A DNA stretch of 64,000 nt, taken from assembly GCA_963719505.1 (NCBI GenBank), contig CAVRCF010000005.1:544001-608000 (forward strand). Reading direction: 5' to 3'. Positions 57,947 to 64,000 of the stretch are shown piece by piece. The notes under the pieces are model-generated. The model searched no databases. It saw nothing but the letters and a program-made list of their open reading frames with translations, and was not told where the DNA came from. This stretch comes from Halobacteriovoraceae bacterium (lineage in GTDB: Bacteria > Bdellovibrionota > Bacteriovoracia > Bacteriovoracales > Bacteriovoracaceae). Within the stretch, counting starts at the first letter, position 1, and every line of letters begins with the position of its first letter. The translations under genes and the position numbers were made by a program.

Positions 57947-59887
57947 TTACGCCGCTTTCTTAGTGTCTTTTTCACTTAATTCATGAGCGACTTTATCAGA
58001 TGTGAGAAGTTTCTTTCTTAGTGCTTCTCTGGAAATCCCCATCTCTTTAGCGGCTTTAGACTTATTGCCTTTACATCGTCTTATCTCGGCAATGATCATT
58101 TCTCGCTCAACAAGCAAGACTCTCTCTTTGAGACTTAAAGAGAAGTCTCTAGCGTGAGGAATACTGTCGAGACCTTGGATTGAAGATTTTGTAATATCAA
58201 TAATCGGAGTCGCACCATTATTAAGCTTTGAGATGACATGGGCTTTAGGATTATACAAAACAGCTTTTTCGACAGCTTTTTGTAACTCATTTACGTTGCC
58301 TGGCCAATCATAGTTTACTAACTGCTCTTTTGCTTCTTCAGAGAACTCTTTTAAAAGTAGTCCCTGCTTGCGACATTCTTTTCTCAAAAAGTGAGAAAGG
58401 AGGTCACCGATATCTTGGTTTCTTTTGCGAAGAGGTTCAATCTGACATGTACTTGATGTAATGAATGAGTATAACTCTCCGTTAAATTCACCATTTTCAA
58501 TCGCCAGCTCTTCAAGATTTTCTGAACTTGTAAAAATGAGTCTGACATCTAAAGTTATTTCACTTCCAGGTATCCGTCTCTCTTTAAGAACCTTCATAAA
58601 TTTAAACTGCATGCTCAGGGGCATAAAGCTAATTTCATCAATGCAGACTGTTCCGCCTTTATTAGACTCTAGAACACTTACATGATCCTTTCCGCCAAAA
58701 ATTTGATGATGAAGATCTTCTTCATCCATCCCCTTACAACTAATGACTTCGTATGGGTTAAGTCCTCTTCGACCTTCATTATGGACAATTCTTGCAATTA
58801 GCTTTTTACCAACACCTTTTTCCCCTTCAATATACAAAGGTGAATCGATGTCTTTCAGTTTAACTATTGCTTTTCTTATTTCATTTGTACTTTGGCTTCT
58901 TCCAATATAGGCATGCTCTCGATCATAAGGAGTTGAAAACCTTCTTATGAGAGACTTCTCTGATATTGGATTATAGTTGTGAAAGACTGATGAGAATATT
59001 AACGCCAAGACTTTCATCGTCTTTTCATCTTCGACTGTAAATCTTGTCTCATTTCTTTTATTGAGTATCTCTATAACCCCAATAACCTTATCTTCTCGAT
59101 TTGTTATAGGATGACAAAGAATTGATTTAGTCTCAAACCCTGTTTCTCCATCGACTTTATCCGAGAAGCGAACCTTATCCGTACTCGTGTCAATATTGAG
59201 AGAAACACCTGTCGTAAAAACGCTTCCAGCAATACCTTTTCTGTAATCAAACTTTAACTTCTCTTTTTCAATACCTAAAGCTGCAGCAGCTTCTAGCTCA
59301 TTAGTCTGCGGATTTATGAGAAAGATGGTTGCTCTTTGGGCGTTAAGTATTCTTGAAATCTCTTCAAGCATAGAGTTGAGAAATGATTCTTGTGATCCAA
59401 AAGCTGTAATATCTTTAAAAAGAGAAAGCATTAAAGAGAAGACTTCAAACCCTTCAGTGGCCTGCTTATATCTTTCAGACAAAGCCATATTTGCAATACA
59501 GTCTCTCGCCCTATCGGGAGAAAAACTAGCAACATATTGCTCAATAAATCTTTTCATATTTTTTTGATCTTCTTCATCCAGCTCTGTCCCGTAGAGCATC
59601 TTATCCATGGAACCATCAAGACCAAAAGATCTTACAACATGCCCATCGAGATCAATTCTTAGTCTTTTAAACTGAATGGAAACTCTTATATTAGTGTTGA
59701 CAGAAATTTTCGATTCCGTACTAAACCCTAAACCAGTTACAGAGACGTCTTCAAGTTTTGCGTCCTCTATATAATGATACTTATTCATCTCATCTTCAAA
59801 TTCGACCATAAATCTCACATCATCACGAGATTCAACTGGAATCCTGAACGATTGAAAGAATTTAAATTCCGAAAAACTAGTAAACAT
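57947..59887 (-). CDS. PilZ-GAF-AAA+(sigma54 activator-like)-Fis HTH regulator lacking GAFTGA
   Basis: DVSVTGLGF (PilZ DxSxxG); GAF (KGIAGSVF...TKSILCHPI...IGVIEILNK); GEKGVGK; IDEI; YDWPGNVNEL; GNKSKAAKEMGISR. Confidence 0.85.
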   Translation of the reverse strand: MFTSFSEFKFFQSFRIPVESRDDVRFMVEFEDEMNKYHYIEDAKLEDVSVTGLGFSTESKISVNTNIRVSIQFKRLRIDLDGHVVRSFGLDGSMDKMLYGTELDEEDQKNMKRFIEQYVASFSPDRARDCIANMALSERYKQATEGFEVFSLMLSLFKDITAFGSQESFLNSMLEEISRILNAQRATIFLINPQTNELEAAAALGIEKEKLKFDYRKGIAGSVFTTGVSLNIDTSTDKVRFSDKVDGETGFETKSILCHPITNREDKVIGVIEILNKRNETRFTVEDEKTMKVLALIFSSVFHNYNPISEKSLIRRFSTPYDREHAYIGRSQSTNEIRKAIVKLKDIDSPLYIEGEKGVGKKLIARIVHNEGRRGLNPYEVISCKGMDEEDLHHQIFGGKDHVSVLESNKGGTVCIDEISFMPLSMQFKFMKVLKERRIPGSEITLDVRLIFTSSENLEELAIENGEFNGELYSFITSSTCQIEPLRKRNQDIGDLLSHFLRKECRKQGLLLKEFSEEAKEQLVNYDWPGNVNELQKAVEKAVLYNPKAHVISKLNNGATPIIDITKSSIQGLDSIPHARDFSLSLKERVLLVEREMIIAEIRRCKGNKSKAAKEMGISREALRKKLLTSDKVAHELSEKDTKKAA

Positions 59888-59916
59888 AAAGTATCTCCTC
59901 TTAATATTTCAATTAC

Positions 59917-59944
59917 TCTTCGGACTTTGAGACTAAAAGATTAA
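59917..59944 (-). promoter_or_regulatory. Possible sigma28-type promoter
   Basis: TTAATCTT-N12-TCCGAAGA (weaker match). Confidence 0.4.
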
Positions 59945-59977
59945 ATAATGACAACTTTATTTGGCGATAAGACCTCA

Positions 59978-59990
59978 TATCAATTACTTA
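59978..59990 (+). promoter_or_regulatory. IHF-binding site
   Basis: TATCAATTACTTA matches WATCAANNNNTTR in the divergent intergenic region. Confidence 0.5.
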
Positions 59991-60075
59991 AGTCATAGAC
60001 TCAGGCTTATTTTGGAAGACAAATTTACTCATGAACCGTATAATCATTTAAAATTACATAAATTACGAGCTTGAT

Positions 60076-61089
60076 ATGATTAACAAAATATTAATTTTTA
60101 TTTTTACCCTAAGTTGTGCGTCAATAAGACCCATCAACCAAGAACCCTCTTCAAGTTCTCAAAATTCACCACAAAACTCAAAAGTCACCACTGCACCTAA
60201 GAGCGAAGAACCACAATCCCTGCCAAAAGTGGAGAACCTCGTCTATAAGACAAAAACGTTTGAAAACAGTCCCCAGGTTAAAAGATATTGTGATCGCCTA
60301 GACAAGTACTTTAAAAAATATGAATGGGGTAAAAGCACCTGTCACGATTACTCATGGAACCATGTGAGAAGCTCTTTCTATGGAAATCCTATTATTTGGT
60401 TTGTCTTTGGAGATGAGAGTTTAGGGACAAGTAAAAAGAACGTCACATTTATCGAATGCGGTGTCCATGGAGATGAGATTACGCCGATAAAGTTTTGCTA
60501 TGACCTTTTAGAAGATCTCAAAGAAAATCCTCAAATAATTGGAACAGATAAACTTGTTGTTGTTGCCCCCCTTGTCACCCCCGACTCTTTCTTTAAAGAA
60601 AAGCCCACTCGAACGAATGCTCGAGGAGTAGACATAAACAGAAACTTCCCAACAAAAGACTGGAATCAAAAAGCAATATCACTATGGAAGTCGAGATATC
60701 ATTCAGACAAAAGAAGATACCCTGGTAAAAGTTCACTCAGTGAGCAAGAGACAATTTTCCAAGTAAATATCATTAAAAGGTACGATCCAAATAAAGTGAT
60801 TTCCATTCACGCCCCACTTACCCTTCTCGATTATGATGGTCCCCATATTGGGCAAGAAAATGGCATGGCCGCAAGAGAGCTCCTCGAGTCGATGAGTGAC
60901 AAAGCTGGTAAATACAAAGTTTCAAATTATCCCTTTTTTACCGGTAGCCTAGGCAATTGGGCCGGGAATGAACGAAATATTCCTACTTACACGTTAGAGC
61001 TGCCTAATTCAGATTGGCACAAGACTGATAGATATTATGCTCTTTTTAGAGAGGCAATATTCCATGCTATTGGCAATAATCTTCAATGA
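60076..61089 (+). CDS. M14 zinc carboxypeptidase / murein peptide amidase A-like lipoprotein
   Basis: Lipobox TLSC; GVHGDE, RTNARGVDINRNFP, ISIH and GSLG...TLEL motifs. Confidence 0.87.
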   Translation: MINKILIFIFTLSCASIRPINQEPSSSSQNSPQNSKVTTAPKSEEPQSLPKVENLVYKTKTFENSPQVKRYCDRLDKYFKKYEWGKSTCHDYSWNHVRSSFYGNPIIWFVFGDESLGTSKKNVTFIECGVHGDEITPIKFCYDLLEDLKENPQIIGTDKLVVVAPLVTPDSFFKEKPTRTNARGVDINRNFPTKDWNQKAISLWKSRYHSDKRRYPGKSSLSEQETIFQVNIIKRYDPNKVISIHAPLTLLDYDGPHIGQENGMAARELLESMSDKAGKYKVSNYPFFTGSLGNWAGNERNIPTYTLELPNSDWHKTDRYYALFREAIFHAIGNNLQ

Positions 61090-61892
61090 AAAAAATTATC
61101 GATGGTCTTGTTTATAGTTCATTGATCCCAGCTTTTTATATAACAGTCTTTACCCTTTACGCATTTTTGGTCAATTCTCAAAATATTGACCTCCAACTTC
61201 TCACCATTAATTTTCTGGGAACTTTTGTCTCTTACAATGCCATCGCCTTTATCTCTCTAAGGTTCAGAGGGATCAAGTCAATGAGGATGCAGTGGCAATA
61301 TCAATATCGATACTTGCTTATAGTTCTCTCTGTTCTCTCTTGCTGTGGAATTATATTCCTATACCCTTCACTAAACCTCTTTCAAATTTTAAATTTAGGC
61401 CATCTTTTTTTTCTTATCTTGATCTATGAGAAAAGATCGAAAAACTCGTTTAGTTTAAGAGCAAAGATTTTTATCAAACCTTTGATTATAAGCTATATAT
61501 GGGCAATGGTCGCGGTTGGTAATGTCCTTTTAGAGGGAGAAACTTTTAACTGGGTTCTCTTTGCTGAAAGCTTTCTCTCTATTGCCGCGTTAAGTCTGTT
61601 CTATGATATAAGAGACGAGAGGTATGACAAAGATCAGGATTTTAGAACGCTTGTTCATAAATTTGGTATTCAAAAAGTTAAGAGCATCAGCTATCGATTT
61701 TACCTTCTCAGTGTTTTACTAAGAATGCTCATCATCCCTTTTGCCTCTTACTGGTCTCTTTATATTATTGAGATGATTATCTATTCATTACTTCTCAAAA
61801 GAGCGAAGCCGGAAGTTAACAATCATCTCTATGTTATCGTTGTCGATGGTTTGATCGTTTTTAAACTTCTTTACGTTTTGGTATCTTACTAA
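61086..61892 (+). CDS. UbiA prenyltransferase-like membrane protein
   Basis: About 8 TM; KPLIISYIW and YDIRDERYDK...RTL Asp-rich motif. Confidence 0.7.
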   Translation: MKKIIDGLVYSSLIPAFYITVFTLYAFLVNSQNIDLQLLTINFLGTFVSYNAIAFISLRFRGIKSMRMQWQYQYRYLLIVLSVLSCCGIIFLYPSLNLFQILNLGHLFFLILIYEKRSKNSFSLRAKIFIKPLIISYIWAMVAVGNVLLEGETFNWVLFAESFLSIAALSLFYDIRDERYDKDQDFRTLVHKFGIQKVKSISYRFYLLSVLLRMLIIPFASYWSLYIIEMIIYSLLLKRAKPEVNNHLYVIVVDGLIVFKLLYVLVSY

Positions 61893-64000
61893 TAATGAAA
61901 ATCGGCAACATCAAAAAGATAGCTCCCACAATATAAGGTGTTACAGAGCCGTATTTCCAATAAAGTAGACTCGCCACTATTGGGCCAAAAACTCTTCCTA
62001 AAGACCCCAATGATCTAAAGACACCTAAACTTTGTCCTTGGCTCTCCATCGGAGTGTAGAGGGAAACGAGACTGGTCAATGTTGGGATTGCCATTGCCGA
62101 TCCGGTCGCGAGGAAAAAGAGCCCTACGTATAATAAGAACGATGAGTTCGCAAAAGCGATAAACAATAATCCAGGAATAATAAACCCAAGCCCACGCAAG
62201 GCCATACTTTTTTCTCCAATGATATTGGCCTTTCGTCTCACGTATCCACCTTGAACGAAGGCCAAGATAAGTCCGATAAAAATAAACATATAGGCATTGT
62301 CCATGGAGCTATAACCCAGTCTCTCCAGTGCTAGAAAAGTTAGGGTAAATTCCATTCCCGAAAAAGCAGCTATGAAAAAGAAGTATGCATAGTTGGTGAG
62401 ATTAACTTCTCTATAAGGCAGAGGTTTAAAAAGTTTTAGAGGATTGGCACTCCTTTGATGAGACTCAATATTTGATCTGTTCTCTTTTGGTAAAGTTTCT
62501 TTAAAACTTTTCATAATGAAAATGAGATTGATTAAAGAGAGAACGGCTGCGAATAATGCAGGCATAGAAAATGGATTGATTCCAAAAGACTCCAGACTTG
62601 GGTAGAGTTCGCTCAAATTCACTAAGCTCAATAGACCACCAATTGCTGGACCAAAAATAAACCCTAAAGCAAAGGCAATTCCTACAAACGCCATCCCTTT
62701 AGACCGATTGGAACGATCAGTAACATCGGCGACTGCGGCAGTTGCAGCTGAAATATTCCCACCCATGAGCCCTCCGATAACACGAGCAATAATAAGTAGA
62801 GTGAAAGATCCAGAGAAAAACCACAGGACATAGCTGACAAAAAGACCAAAAACAGAAATGACCAAAATGGGCTTTCGACCATACTTATCAGACAAGGACC
62901 CCCAAAAAGGTGCCGCAACAAATTGAAGAACTGAATAAAGTGCGCCTAATATTCCACCAAAAAGAACAATAGAACTTATGGTGGATCCACCAATACTAGC
63001 AAAGGCATTTAATGCTCCGAATAGGTTTTGCAAAAGAAAATTATCGGAATCCGTTCTCAAGTAATATTCCGCTAAAGACGGAAAGAGAGGAAAAATAATA
63101 GAGAAGCCAATTAAATCTAAAAAGAGAGTCAAAAAGACAATCTTAACTGTAGACTTTGCCTCTTTACCCAGAGGAGGTGACTTTTGAACCTGTTCAGGAA
63201 TTTCTTCTCGCAGTTTTTTCTTGTCTGTCTGGTAAAAAAGCTCCCCTAGATCCTTCTTCGAGGAGTTAACTAAGGTGTTTATATAATGGGCGTATCCTCG
63301 AGCCCAGTCTTCATCGCTGTTGAGGCAAGGAACAAAAACGGTGTGACATCCATGCTCTTCTAAATCTTCTTTTAGTTCATTACCAATTTCATCTGTTGTC
63401 TCCAGACAATCCACAACAAAACTTGGGCAATAAAATGCAATGCTCTTTGCTCCAGCCTTAGCTAGATCAATGGCGAATTCATCTGTCGCAGGCCCAAGCC
63501 ACTGCTCGCTACCAAAGCGGCTTTGAAAACAAAAGTGAATTTTTGATTTATCAAAATTGAGCTGATCTCTTAAAAGGACAAATGTTTCATAACAATGAAA
63601 ATAGTACTCGTCTTTTTTTTGAAGAACTCTTCTTAGAGGAATTCCGTGAAATGAGATAACGAGTTCAACTGGTTTCTCACGATCAAGATGTTCTTGTACC
63701 TTTTTGGCCCCAAGGTCGATGAAGGCTTTAAGGCGATGATAATTTGAGATGAGCTCAAAATCCGGAATATTAACCGCTTTTGCAAAAGTTGCTCCCACAG
63801 TGTCGACGACACTGGCGATCGTTGACTCTGAATACTGAGGAAACTGAGGTAAAACCACCAAACGGCTGGCCCTTTCATCAAAGTCCTCTTCCTCCCATGT
63901 TTTAAAAAGCGTTGGAACTCGAGGCTCTGTAAGAAGAAAACCATAGTTAATCTCTATATTGTCATCTAAGTATTTTTCGACCTCTAAGGCGAATAACCTG
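61861..64000 (-). CDS. hemH: Ferrochelatase-MFS transporter fusion, 5' end beyond the window
   Basis: Frame is open from the window edge. HemH motifs LPQFPQYSEST, SFHGIP, FQSRFG...WLGP and FVVDCLETTDEI run without a stop into a 12-TM DHA1/TetA-like MFS (GSLSDKYGRKP, GFIFGPAIGG). Confidence 0.88.
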   Translation of the reverse strand, partial: RLFALEVEKYLDDNIEINYGFLLTEPRVPTLFKTWEEEDFDERASRLVVLPQFPQYSESTIASVVDTVGATFAKAVNIPDFELISNYHRLKAFIDLGAKKVQEHLDREKPVELVISFHGIPLRRVLQKKDEYYFHCYETFVLLRDQLNFDKSKIHFCFQSRFGSEQWLGPATDEFAIDLAKAGAKSIAFYCPSFVVDCLETTDEIGNELKEDLEEHGCHTVFVPCLNSDEDWARGYAHYINTLVNSSKKDLGELFYQTDKKKLREEIPEQVQKSPPLGKEAKSTVKIVFLTLFLDLIGFSIIFPLFPSLAEYYLRTDSDNFLLQNLFGALNAFASIGGSTISSIVLFGGILGALYSVLQFVAAPFWGSLSDKYGRKPILVISVFGLFVSYVLWFFSGSFTLLIIARVIGGLMGGNISAATAAVADVTDRSNRSKGMAFVGIAFALGFIFGPAIGGLLSLVNLSELYPSLESFGINPFSMPALFAAVLSLINLIFIMKSFKETLPKENRSNIESHQRSANPLKLFKPLPYREVNLTNYAYFFFIAAFSGMEFTLTFLALERLGYSSMDNAYMFIFIGLILAFVQGGYVRRKANIIGEKSMALRGLGFIIPGLLFIAFANSSFLLYVGLFFLATGSAMAIPTLTSLVSLYTPMESQGQSLGVFRSLGSLGRVFGPIVASLLYWKYGSVTPYIVGAIFLMLPIFIISKIPKRKEV

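Noticed and set aside
19017-58685. Numerous 60-155 aa ORFs nested in or antisense to long genes (for example 23518-23985, 33052-33456, 51176-51511)
   Set aside because: No RBS or recognisable motifs; explained as shadow frames of well-supported CDSs
61861-63150. Tetracycline resistance tetA
   Set aside because: DHA1-like motifs are generic; there is no tetR, and the domain is fused to HemH
1-64000. CRISPR array, IS element, prophage or rRNA
   Set aside because: No regularly spaced repeats, transposase, phage genes or rRNA-like sequence recognised

Overview
AT-rich bacterial chromosomal segment, most likely from a predatory Bdellovibrionota (Bacteriovorax/Halobacteriovorax-like; inferred from gene content and protein style). 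It contains an alternative complex III operon (actA-F), roxA, tRNA-Leu(GAG) and an OmpA lipoprotein. A type I secretion-like locus (ABC/HlyD/TolC plus a beta-barrel and two small lipoproteins) is bracketed by two NhaR-type LysR regulators. The rest includes a cyclic-nucleotide-gated channel, two mnmA paralogues, gsk, hppD, mltA, a stand-alone fusA, an Rrf2-iscS operon, a PilZ-GAF-AAA+ regulator ahead of cdaA-cdaR-glmM-pdxJ-nnr-tsaE, and a ferrochelatase-MFS fusion running off the right edge. No CRISPR, IS or prophage was seen. Two regions (actB/actC and fusA) are full of indels that look like sequencing error. The best leads are the HemH-MFS fusion, the LysR-bracketed secretion locus (degenerate ABC motifs; three promoters with identical box-to-minus-10 spacing), several apparent pseudo-enzymes, and recurring sigma28-like promoters. 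All calls are from manual motif reading; no database searches were run.
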